Notes under the pieces: model-generated
The model's input: the letters and a program-made list of their open reading frames with translations, nothing else
What the model was told of the DNA's origin: nothing
Databases searched by the model: none
In this document: in pieces, positions 1 to 10,475 of the stretch
Numbering within the stretch: position 1 is the stretch's first letter
Layout: each line of letters opens with the position of its first letter
Program-made: the position numbers and the translations under genes
NCBI GenBank assembly: GCA_054600435.1
Contig: BAAIJX010000073.1
Location: 1 to 64,000, forward strand
Length of the DNA: 64,000 nt
Origin: Neophaeotheca triangularis
Taxonomy: Eukaryota
Direction of reading: 5' to 3'

Positions 1-55
1 GCCCCCCCGCGGCCCGCGCCCCCGCGCCCCCCCGCCCCCCCCCCCCGCCGATTCA

Positions 56-350
56 TTGTCTCGTCCAGCTGTATCCTGTCTTGTCTTGTCTTGTCTGCTC
101 TGGTCTTATCTGGTCTAGTCTTGTCTTTTCTGCTCTAGTCTTGTCTTGTCTCGTCTAGCTGTATCCTGTCTTGTTTTGTCTAGTCTCGTCTAATCTTGTC
201 TGCTCTAGTCTTGTCTTGTCTCGTCCAGCTGTATCCTGTCTTGTTTTGTCTGGTCTCGTCTGATCTTGTCTGCTCTGGTCTTGTCTGCTCTGGTCTTGTC
301 TGGTCTGTGTCTCGTCTCGTCTTGTCCAGTCCAGTCCAGTCCAGTCCAGT
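56..350. repeat. Degenerate pentamer (NNGTC) satellite with a higher-order unit
   Basis: Continuous TTGTC/TCGTC/TGGTC/CAGTC units; TCGTC(C/T)AGCTGTATCCTGTCTTG recurs at 61, 151 and 221. Confidence 0.9.
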
Positions 351-770
351 CTATTCTTCTCCAGCCCAGTCCAGTCCCATCCAGCCTCCCCCCCTCCAAC
401 CCCATCCAACTCCCAACTCCAGCAAACTCTGCAGCCAAACCCCCCCCCCCCCCGCAAGTAAATAGAAAATCCGCTCTACACCCCCCATCCCCGCCGAAAA
501 CCCCCCAAAAAAAGTAAAGTAAAGTTAAACAACCTCCTCGAAGAAAAGTCGCGAGTGATAGTGGGAAACAAAAAAAAAGGGGAAAAATCGACGCTGCGGC
601 AAGGGAGAGGAGAGATTGTGGGAGATGCGGGTGGGGATTGAAATGACAGACACACTTTTTTTTTAAGATGGGAATCGGACTTGCCTTGCCTAGCCTAGAC
701 TGGTTCGGGAGCTTGGGATGGGAGGGGTGAGAGCTTGGTTGGATGGGACGGGACGGTGTGAGGGAGGGAA

Positions 771-822
771 AGAGAGAGAGAGAGAGAGAGAGAGGTGGAA
801 AGAGGGAGAGAGAGAGAGAGAG
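771..822. repeat. Interrupted (GA)n microsatellite
   Basis: Two GA runs separated by a short purine-rich spacer. Confidence 0.9.
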
Positions 823-898
823 AAAAAGATCAAGTTCAAGATAAGATTCCGCCGAGTACGGGAGAAGCTGTCTGTATTGGGACTTTGCTTTGAGCATG

Positions 899-946
899 CA
901 TTCATTCATTCATTCATTCATTCATTCATTCATTCATTCATTCATC
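899..946. repeat. (TTCA)n microsatellite
   Basis: About 11-12 consecutive CATT/TTCA units. Confidence 0.95.
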
Positions 947-952
947 CATTCC

Positions 953-1128
953 CATCTTTCGCTTCGGGGTTGGTTGATGGTTTGTGATACCGTGTCATCT
1001 TTCGCTTCGCGGTTGATTGGTAGTCCGTGATATACGTGTCATCTTCCGCTTCGAGGTTGGTTGGTAGTCCGTGATATACGCGTCATCTTCCGCTTCGAGG
1101 TTGGTTGATGGTCTGTGATATACGTGTT
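953..1128. repeat. ~44-bp tandem repeat, 4 copies
   Basis: Unit approximately CATCTTYCGCTTCGVGGTTGRTTGRTRGTYYGTGATA(TA)CGYGT, four times head to tail. Confidence 0.9.
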
Positions 1129-1438
1129 AAGGCGTCCGGACGTTGATCTTCTTCCCTGGAGGATTTTTCTAGGGGGGAAGGGCGATGCATTGGAATGGGT
1201 TAGGGGATAGGATAGGATCGATTGGGACGACAGATTTCGGCGCGGTGACCGTGACTTGTGGTAGTCGTGACGTGACGTGCGAAGCTACTGGGGTTTGGAT
1301 CGAGCGCGAGTAGGAGATTAGAGCTATGCTCGGAGTGTGGAAAGCGGGAGGAAAAACTGCGGTGTGTCTTCAGGCAGGCGAGTGCAATCTCTTCGGTAGC
1401 ATGTCTCGTGTTTAGTGGGGATTCCTGAGAGGGTTTTT

Positions 1439-1493
1439 AAAAAGTGACAGAGACTTCAAAAAGTGACAGAGACTTCAAAAAGTGACAGAGACT
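1439..1493. repeat. 19-bp tandem repeat, ~3 copies
   Basis: AAAAAGTGACAGAGACTTC twice plus a near-complete third copy. Confidence 0.9.
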
Positions 1494-1612
1494 AGAATAG
1501 AAGTATAAGCAGACATCACCAGCCAAAGCAAAGCGACGTTCGTTATCGACAATTAAATCGTAGAAACCCATACCATACATTATTCGTAATTCATCCCCCC
1601 CTCTTTATCAAC

Positions 1613-2476
1613 CTACCCAAAAACAAGCGCCCTAACCTCAATACTCTCCCTCCCTCGCCACCCCTCCAGCGTCCTGGGATCGACAAAAGCCGTATGCGGC
1701 GTGCGCGCTCCGTCTTGGGAATCAAAACACTGCAACAAAATCCTCTCATCCCCATCCACCCCACTCCAATAATACCACTTCTGGCCTTCGTTATACCCCA
1801 CCCCGGCCGTCTCACCGCTACGATCGGGATACCGGTGTTCGACAGGCACGACGTCGGCATCACTGACGGTGCGGCTGTCGGCGAAAGCTAGCGGGGAAGA
1901 GACGACGGGGCCGTTGAGAGGACGCCAGACGTTTATGATTCGGAAACGGCCGGATAGGAGGGCTTGGGCTTCGGATGCCGGGAGGTGGTGGTGGACGCGT
2001 GCGGTTGCGGATTTGAGGGTTTGGTCGATGTGGACGCGGGTTACGGGGGCTCGAGGGGAGGAGGGGTCGCTGCGGCGGACGGTGTGGTCGAAGAGGAAGA
2101 CGCGGTGGGCCGTGGGGAGGAGGGTGAGGAGGAGGGTTTCGATTTCGGGGTAGTAGTTTTTTTGGATCGAGCTGGGGTCTGTGAAGGAGGTTTCGGCTGA
2201 GGGAGGTTGGGAGGTTAGGGTTGCGAAGCCGGCGGTGTTGAGGTCGAAGGAGTTTTCGTTCCCGCGGATGTCGTGGATGAGAATGGAGTGTGGGGATTCG
2301 GTGTAGTTTTTTTGCGGTTCGCCTGGGGGTGGGTTGTTTTGCAGGTCGCCGGCGTATTGGAAGGGAGGGGAGTTGTCAGCGGGTGGAGAGTAGAAGAGTA
2401 GGCTGGCGGTTGTGGTGCCTCGAGGTGGCTCGGCGGGGGTGGTGTCGTGGGTGGAGGTTTGAGTGGTGGTCGTCAT
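1613..2476 (-). CDS. AsaB/CmcJ/NvfI-family putative Fe(II)/2-oxoglutarate-dependent oxygenase, 287 aa
   Basis: Single-exon ORF with family motifs FDHTVRR, VHIDQT (HxD), INVWRPL, PLAFAD, WYYWS, FDS, TPHTAF and RESIEVRALVF. Confidence 0.85.
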   Translation of the reverse strand: MTTTTQTSTHDTTPAEPPRGTTTASLLFYSPPADNSPPFQYAGDLQNNPPPGEPQKNYTESPHSILIHDIRGNENSFDLNTAGFATLTSQPPSAETSFTDPSSIQKNYYPEIETLLLTLLPTAHRVFLFDHTVRRSDPSSPRAPVTRVHIDQTLKSATARVHHHLPASEAQALLSGRFRIINVWRPLNGPVVSSPLAFADSRTVSDADVVPVEHRYPDRSGETAGVGYNEGQKWYYWSGVDGDERILLQCFDSQDGARTPHTAFVDPRTLEGWRGRESIEVRALVFG

Positions 2477-2735
2477 GGTGGGTGGTGTTGAGAGGGGTAG
2501 GGTGTTAGTATTGGATGCTGATGTTGATGTTGTTGAAGGTGATGGAAGAGGTAAAGAAAGGCCCTACCTCTTATACTTGCAACATACACCTCGGGATCGG
2601 TGTAAAGGAATAAGTAATAGCGCATTTGTCAACAAAGACGTCTGCTGCATCGCCCTCCAGCTCTACAGTGACATGTCGTCTATTACAACAATAACGTCAT
2701 CTCGAGCTCCGCCTGCCGAAGAACCGTGGCCATCC

Positions 2736-2850
2736 AGTCTACGGGTGAAAGACAAAGTGCGGAGAGAGAAGAGTCTACGTATGAGAGTTAAAGTGCGGAG
2801 AAAGACTCTACGTACAAGAGAGAAAGTGCGGAGAGAGAGTCTATATAGAG
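2736..2850. repeat. ~33-36-bp degenerate tandem repeat, ~3.5 copies
   Basis: AAAGTGCGGAGA core three times, each flanked by (A/G)(G/C)TCTAC-like segments. Confidence 0.75.
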
Positions 2851-2936
2851 GTAAGAGCCAAACCAAAAACACCTCTCTCCTCAAAATTACCTTATTCCCA
2901 TTCCCATCTAACCAATCCAAAAAATCTCAACCTCAT

Positions 2937-3716
2937 AAAAAAACCATAGCAGCTAACGAAGAATCCCATATATTTCATATATATATATAATAAGAGTAGC
3001 CGAGTAAGAACAAAAAACCACAGCAGCTAACAAAAAAAATCCCGTATAACATTTCATACATATATAATAAGAGTAGTAGCCGAGTAAGAACAAAAAACTA
3101 CAGCAAGCTAACGAAGAATCCCGTAACATTTTATATACATACAATAAGAGTAGTAGCCGAGTTAAGTAAGAACAAAAAACTATAGCAGCTAACGAAAAAA
3201 ATCCCGTGTAACATTTCACGTACATATAATAAGAGTAGTAGCCGAGTAAGAACAAAAAACCACAGCAGCTAACGAAGAATCCCGTATATTTCACGTACAT
3301 ATAATAAGAGTAGTAGCCGAGTAAGAACAAAAAACTATAGTAGCTAACGAAAAAAATCCCATATAACATTTCACGTATAGACAATAAGAGTAGTAGCCAA
3401 GTAAGAACAAAAAACTATAGTAGCTAATGAAAAGAATCCCGTATAACATTTCACGTACATACAATAAGAGCAGCCGAGTAAGAACAAAAAACCATAGCAG
3501 CTAACGAAAAACCCCGTATAACATTTCACGTATAGACAATAAGAGTAGTAGCCGAGTAAGAACAAAAAACCACAGCAGCTAACGAAAAAAATCCCGTATA
3601 ACATTTCATGTACAGATAATAAGAGTAGTAGCCGAGTAAGAACAAAAAACCACAGTAGCCAACGAAAAAATCCCGTATAACATTTCACGTATAGACAACA
3701 AGAGTAGCCGAGTAAA
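2937..3716. repeat. ~78-bp AT-rich minisatellite, ~10 copies, with RIP-like transitions
   Basis: Unit approximately TAAGAGTAGTAGCCGAGTAAGAACAAAAAACCACAGCAGCTAACGAAAAAATCCCGTATAACATTTCACGTACATATAA; the GCTAAC-like core recurs at ~2952, 3026, 3107, 3188, 3268, 3343, 3423, 3500, 3578 and 3658. Confidence 0.95.
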
Positions 3717-4255
3717 TAAGATAAGGCCCTACCTACCTACCTACACATCAGTACTAATACACATTCATTATACCTTACCTATATATCTGTACTTACATAC
3801 CTATGTACGCTATAGTATGAGCATTCACTTATTAGGCGTAAGTTCCATCATCTCACCTCATATCCACTCCCTCTTACATACCTTAAGCGCCGATTAAAAA
3901 GAAAAGACATGATGGAATACAATAGGTACTTGAGACACTTCACTACTACAAGCCAAGGTATACCTAGGATATACCGTAGTAAGAGGCAAGTCCTACTAAC
4001 CTATATATATATATGCATACATATGCATACATACATACCTACAAACATATATGTACATATACACATAAAGCAGCGTGGTCTATGCAATGCCATGTGAAAG
4101 CCTCAAAAAGCAAGATTCCAAGCGTTAGAAAGAAACGGTAGTCTTGAAAGAGTACCTCCCAGATATAAGTATGTATGCAAGCACCTAGTATTGTGCTGTT
4201 TTTCGTAAGTCTCGGAATTACAATACTCCCGTCCTCTCTTCTGCTGGCCGCCTTC

Positions 4256-6441
4256 TCATTCCCCACTCATTAAAACGTCCCCCTCATCCTCACCCTTTTC
4301 CCCTCCCTCCCTCGTCTCGTTCAAATCCCTGACACCCCTGACAACGACAAAAACCCCCACTTCTACACCCCCTAAGCCCTCGACTCCACAATTCCCACCA
4401 CTAACACCCCTAGTACCACTCCCCTCCACTCCTACATCAACCTCCTCCCCCATCCCCCCACAAGGATAAGGCCTTCTACAAACCCCCTCAAGCAACTGCT
4501 GTACCAACTCGGTAGGAGCATCGGTAAAAGGCGCAGTAGCCGAACGCCTTGCCGTAGCTTCACGGGCATAGCGGGTTATAGTATCCCGAACTCTGGGTTT
4601 TTCTTGCTTGGTCCACCAGTCTTTGGCCCATACGCTGCGGGGGAGGGGGACCGAAGCCGCCGAGGCGTGGGCGAGGGTGTAGGTTGTTGTTTTTGTTTTT
4701 GCCGAGTGCGAGGTTGAGTGGTGGCTGTGGTTTTGGTGCAAGAAGCGGTGGACGCTATTGCTGGTGTTTTGCGGATTGGAGAGGTCGGTGCAGAGGTTTG
4801 CTAGGCGACGGCGCATGGTTTCGAAAGTTGGGAGGGTCGGGGCGGCGTTCATCCTCCCTAGTGACGAAGCCAGATCGGAAGAGAGGCCGTTGATGACGGA
4901 GATTGTGCGTAAGAGGGGGTCGAGGATTGGGCCTAGGTAGTCTTGCATGAATGTTTGAGCGCCGGCGCGGGTGGGATAGATGAAGATGAGGGTGCCATTA
5001 TTGGGGGATAGCTCGATTAGTCGGTCGACGAGAATTGACGGACCGTTGGTGTCGAACATGTTTTGGTATTCGTTTATGGAGGATGGCGGAACGAATCGCT
5101 CGACTATTGATACGTTGATGCTTGAAGGGGGAACAGCAGGACGGGGTGAGCGAGGTAGTGCGGATAGATCGGTTTGGTAGTCGGCGATGGGTACTGCACT
5201 ATCAAATACTTTCTGTGTAAAGTAGTCCTCACCACCTATAGCTGGACCCGGCGTGCTTGGTGGGGAGGTTGGTAGGTCTGCGAGGTTGAAACGGCCGGGA
5301 ACAGCATGAAAGACGTTGATCCAAATTGTGGGACTAACAGGGGTGGATTCATGAATGGCTGATATGATGTCCGAGAAGATGTGTCCGTCTGGTGAAGGAG
5401 ATGGTAAGGCGTGGGATAGGATTCTGAGAGGGTTGCTTTGTACAGGTGATGTAATTATGCTGTGTACTGGATGGGAGTCAGTATGATGTTGGAGTGGTTG
5501 AGGGAGATTTTTTGAAACTCACGCAATGTCTGAATTGCACCTCCAAGCCATGGTCTAGACGATAAAGTCGTGTCTTGTAATGGTGGCCCAGTAGTGGAAG
5601 CAATTGCATGATGGTCATCCAAGGCCGGAGCTGGCATGTTTATTGTGGTATCATCATCGTGAGGTTGTGGTGAGGCAGCTCGCCCCTGATCGGTAAGGGG
5701 AGAATGCATGGATCCAGCTTGGACAGTGGGTACGTTTTGCCAGTCCATCTGTCCACCTTCTGCCGGTGGGGTGAGGGTGGCGACACATCTCTGCAAGGGG
5801 GTTAGGAGAGAGTCGCTGCCTCTCCTTTCGGGCTGTTCCTTGTCCCCACCGCCCAGCCTAGAAGTCTCAAAAGCCTCTAGTAACTCGGAATCTGCTCGTT
5901 GCTCCCTGACTGCGCCTGACAGTGTGGCTGCCTCTCCAGTCGGTTGCGAAATTCCCACCACAGCCTGACCAAAGCGATCCGGGTGGGGTGCAGCGATACC
6001 GAGGGCGTGAAAGGAAGGTAAGCGAAGACCGGGACTCGGACGTGAGACGACGGTCTGCCTCGGTGGTTCCGTTTGGACTGGGGCAAGCGCACCGCCCACG
6101 ATGACATGCATATCGGTGGCGGTGGAGTTGCTTTCAAGCGGTGGGTCTTTCATGACGGGTAATGGTTTGATGTCGCCAGGATGACAAGGTACCAGTAGCT
6201 GGCCCAAAGGAGCATTCAGGGTGGCATTTGAAGGTGTTGTAGGAAGATGAGGAGTTGTTGATAGGGAGGAGGTGGAAGTCGAGTATGGTACGGGTACGGG
6301 TAGGGGTACGGGTACAGGTGGGCAGTCGAGGAAAGATGAGGGAGTCAGGTCGTCTGGAGCTGGAGAGGGAAAGGGCAAAAAGGGTGAAGTTGCAGTTGCA
6401 GGTGGGGCGGGCAGGGTTTCATAATTGCGCGTGCGACCCAT
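4256..6441 (-). CDS. Conserved fungal hypothetical protein, 2 exons (6441-5523, 5466-4256)
   Basis: GTGAGT donor at 5522, TACTGAC branch point and CAG acceptor at 5467 join two ORFs in frame. Translation includes LRLPSFHALGIAAPHPD, WINVFHAVPGRF, DLPTSPPSTP and LIFIYPTRAGA..F..DYLGPILDPLLR. Start codon uncertain. Confidence 0.75.
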
Positions 6442-7461
6442 GAACAAACGACGACGGGCCAGTGGGAAGGAAGGTGTGGTGGAGGTGAAGTAGTACCTCG
6501 AGAAGTGTGGGTGAGGTCGGGTGTCTGTTGGAGCGGATAGTAAGGTAAGGTAGTAAGATGCGGGAAAGACCAAGTTCAGCGGATGCTTGCGCGGGGTCCT
6601 ATCCTGGTGGTGAATTGGGGGGTAAAAGAAAGGTAGGTAGGCATGTAAGGGTATTGAGTGAGTGAGTGAGTGAGTGAGGATGTGGTGAGTGGAAGGAATG
6701 ACCGAACGACACTTGGTGCATATGCAAGCAAGCAAGCAAGCAAGCAAGCACGCACGCACGAACGCACGGCTGAGACACAGTAAGGTAAGGTGAAAGCTAA
6801 TAGCAAAGGATCGGTAGATAGGTAGGTACAGTAGCTACCTAGGTGAGGTGCTGACTGTGACTGTACAACAATGAGGGGGAAAAGATATGGAGATTGACAA
6901 GGCAAGAAAGAAGAAGAAGAAGAATAAGACATCTCTCTACTACCTATGCCTATACCTATACCTCTACCTATACCTATACTAGTCATTGAGTGATATGTAC
7001 TGTCGAGGTGTTTGCTTTACAGACATGAAATTGGAAAGGTCTAGACCGGTCTGATAAGTGGGAGGTACCTAACCTAACCTGGTACAGCCTAGACCAGACA
7101 AGACTCCACCGTCGTCCACTTTTCCATCTCCACACAAATTGTACAAGTCCACCGTACCCGCCAAAATATACCGCCCCCACCACCACACCAACATACCCGC
7201 GCACAAGGCAACCTGGCAAGGCAAGGTAAGGTATAAGAGACTTCACGCCCCGCTTAGTCGACCTGTCTGTCTGTCTGTCCATCTATCTAACCGACTCTCA
7301 GAGCCAGAGCCAGGCAAGGTACTATGTAGTATATAGTATGTATGCATGCACTTAACCGAGTCCAGTCGGGTATTCCCCCAACCCATCGAACGCAGTACGT
7401 ACCTACCAGGTAGGTACCTAATGCTCCGAGTGCAGGTTGGGGGAAGAAAACACGGGCAGCC

Positions 7462-7463
<2 letters not shown>

Positions 7464-7493
<30 letters not shown>
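7464..7493. repeat. (GA)n microsatellite
   Basis: Perfect GA run. Confidence 0.95.
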
Positions 7494-7497
<4 letters not shown>

Positions 7498-7998
7498 GAG
7501 GCGCTTTGCTTGCCAGGCGTTGCCGTGACTAGAATGCGATTCCGAATTTCGAATTTCATCCATGTGCCGGCCGCTAGGTTGCTGCCTGTGGTTTATTCGT
7601 CTTGTTGTGGTGGTGGTAAAAAGGGCATACGTCGTTTGCGAGTTGGTTCATGCTTTGCTTGGATTCGTCTCGAGGAGCGAGGAGAAAAGACATATCCGCT
7701 CAGTCAGGATCCGCGCGGAGTCCGTTTGTACGTTTTGTTAGAGCGGGCAAACCTGCAAACAAAGCCCCTTTCCTTCAGTCTCTCTTCTAGCTTTTGGTGC
7801 TGCTGCTGCTGCTGCTCGCAGGGTTCGGCTTCTTCGTCCACAGCCATCCAACTAGGTCAGTCTGCTTCAATGCCAAAGACTCAGATCTCAAGACCCGCTT
7901 CTTCCCCTTCCTTATTGCGGCCCGAACACTCCCTTGCCCTCGCACTCGTCCGACCACTAACCCTCAGACTTCTGCCCCTCTTCCCAACCCAAAAATTT

Positions 7999-9117
7999 TC
8001 ACTCCCCACAATCCTCCCTCACAGCCATCAACCCCCCCTTCCCCTCACTCTTACCCTTACCCTTACCCTTACCCCTCCCCAGTCCCTGTCCCACCCCCCT
8101 CCCCCTCCCGGCACTCCAAGCACCCGAACCCGGCGATCCGGCCCGCTGAGGCGGCGAGAGCGACCCGGAACCGCGTCGGAGCGACGATGTCGATGCCGAC
8201 TCTCTCGCTTTGGGATCCTCGCTTTCGTGGGTCGAGAGGGGGGGTAGTTGGGGGGGTTGTTGTTGTTGATATTGGTATTGGTATTGTTGATATTGGTACT
8301 GGTATTGGGAGTGGTGGGCAGGTTGTGTTTGTGATGGAGCAGGTTGCGAGACTGCTGCTGTTGTTGGTGGCGGCGGCGGCGTTTTCTTGATGAGTTTGCG
8401 TCCGGCGCGTTGCGTGCTGAGCCATTGTTCCAAGTCGCGGACCGTACTGCGCGGCGGGGGAAAGCATGGTTTGGTTAGTTTTTTTTTTTTTTTTTTTCCA
8501 ATCCTGCAGTGACAATGGGACAACGGTAGTAAACGGGCAAGGGGGGGAAGAAAAGATCAAACGCACGACTTTGTCGCCGTAGAGGGTGACGCTTCTTGCG
8601 CCCGCGCCTCCACTGGAGTAGTGTCGATTGCGTTCGCTGGCTGCAATGACACACACGCGGGAAAAACAAAAGTCGGTGGGATTGGGAAATTTGATTGTCA
8701 AGGAGCCACTCTTACCTCGATTTCGGCCGCAAGCTCGAAGCGACGGATTTCTCAATGCCGTCTTCGACCGTGGTGGCATCTCTTTCACCGCTCTTACCAT
8801 CACCACCGCTACCACCACCACCACTACCCAGTCTGGCAGCTTCTTTGTCCCTTTCATCATCCCTACTTATCCCATTCCCTACTTTCCCTCCTCCCGGTTT
8901 CGAATCGGGTGAGTATTGCACCGGCTGCAACATTAGGGGTTTAGGCAGTAATGGCGAGGAAAACGATGGTAGTTGATAGGATTCGTGGGTCGATTGTTGC
9001 GGCTGGGCTTGCGGTTGCGGTTGCGGTTTTGGGTGATGCCCGGAAGAGGATGTTGGGGGGGATGTACGGTAGTGGGGTTGTTGTTGTTGGGGTTTGGTTT
9101 CTGGGGTTGGTTGGAAC
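7999..9117 (-). CDS. Possible multi-exon Q/P/G-rich hypothetical gene; structure unresolved
   Basis: Intron-like signals (CTAAC...CAG near 9118, GTAAG donor at 8715, TGCAG acceptor at 8641, GTGCGT donor near 8566, CTAAC...GCAG near 8448) flank open low-complexity frames. No start exon or consistent phase was found. Confidence 0.25.
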
Positions 9118-9544
9118 TGTTGGGGGTGGGTGGTGTTAGTTCATAGACAATTTGGGATTGCGGGAGTTGGGGTGATGGGTTGGGTGCGTGGACGTGATGG
9201 GGGGTGTTTGGATTGACTGGGAGGGAAGGTGCAGCGGGAGGGCGAGAGATAGAGAGACCGGGGATAGAGTGAAGGGGAGAGGAGGAGGGGAGAGGAGAGG
9301 GAACCCGAGACCAAGAGAGCGCGAACTGACTCTAAGAGCGCGAACAGAGAGAGAGAGAGAGAGAAACAGCCAGAGTTACATTCGGGTATGCAGACAAGCC
9401 AGCCCAGCCGTTGAAACAAGCGCCACCAAAAGAAAAAGAAAAATGCCAAGAATCAATCAACTCGAGGTTGACGAAAAAGAAAACATTCGTTCGTGTCGAG
9501 AAAGAAAGGTAAGAAGAAAAGGGAAAATGCAAATCGCTGGGCTG

Positions 9545-9577
<33 letters not shown>

Positions 9578-9632
9578 GTGCTCCCTTCCTCTCGCACTCG
9601 CTCTCACTAGCTACCACTCAGGTCTACAACTC

Positions 9633-10439
9633 TCATCCTGAGCGATACAGATTCAACACAGAATCGAGCGTATTCCTTGAAGAGGCCTGACTCGTACTAT
9701 ACCGCGAAACGGGCAACTGCTGCTGTTGCTGTTGCTGTTGCGACTGCGGTGCCAGCCTCGCTTGAGCCTCGTCCCCGGCCATCGTCGTCGTCGCCGCCCC
9801 CGCCGCCCCCGCCGTCGGGAACCAAGGCGTTCCCGGCGTCTTGGGCGTGGAAGACGAACCCGAGACGACTGAAGCGGCGGCCGAGACGAACGAGTGGTTG
9901 GAGTGGTTTGTGGAGATTTTGCGTACCTGTACTACAGGGCTGGCTTGCGCGATGGCTTCTTGCCCGCTGTAGACGGAGTTGATTTCGTCTTCGTCGCCGA
10001 GGCTGGAGATGCCGCTGCTGCTTTTGTTGCGTTTGTGTCTTTGGTGGTGGTGGTGGAGGTAGGTTGCTTGTTGTGGCTTTTGCGAGTGCTGCTGGTTGTG
10101 TTGGAGGGGTAGAGGTTGGAATTGCGATTCACGTGCGTCTTCGTAGATTCCCGGTGTGGCTGGGGATGGGGTTGGGTTGGTGTTTGGGGTGTTGGGGTTG
10201 AGGTTTGAGTTGTTGCTACTTGCGGGTCGGCTATTGTTGTTGAATTGGTAGCTTTGTAGTGGTGGAGTCTGATGGGCTCGGAGGTTGCTGTTGTATTGTG
10301 TCGGCTGAATGGTGAGACCTCGGAGTTTCTCGTTGGCTTGGTAGACCTTTTGCATGCCCGCTAGGGAGGACGTTCGTAGTTGTAGCTGGGATGACGACTG
10401 TTGCTGTGATTGTTGTTGATGCGCCTCTTGATGTTGTTC

Positions 10440-10475
<36 letters not shown>

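Noticed and set aside
1..50. Pure G/C run at the window start as a G-quadruplex or regulatory element
   Set aside because: It abuts unrelated sequence at the edge and looks like low-quality contig-end sequence.
155..987. ORFs in the first kilobase
   Set aside because: They are translations of satellite and microsatellite DNA.
2953..3688. Hydrophobic Tyr/Cys-rich repeat ORFs
   Set aside because: By-products of the 78-bp array; unit lengths vary and break the frame.
2937..3716. CRISPR-like array
   Set aside because: Whole units repeat with no unique spacers, there are no cas genes, and the context is eukaryotic.
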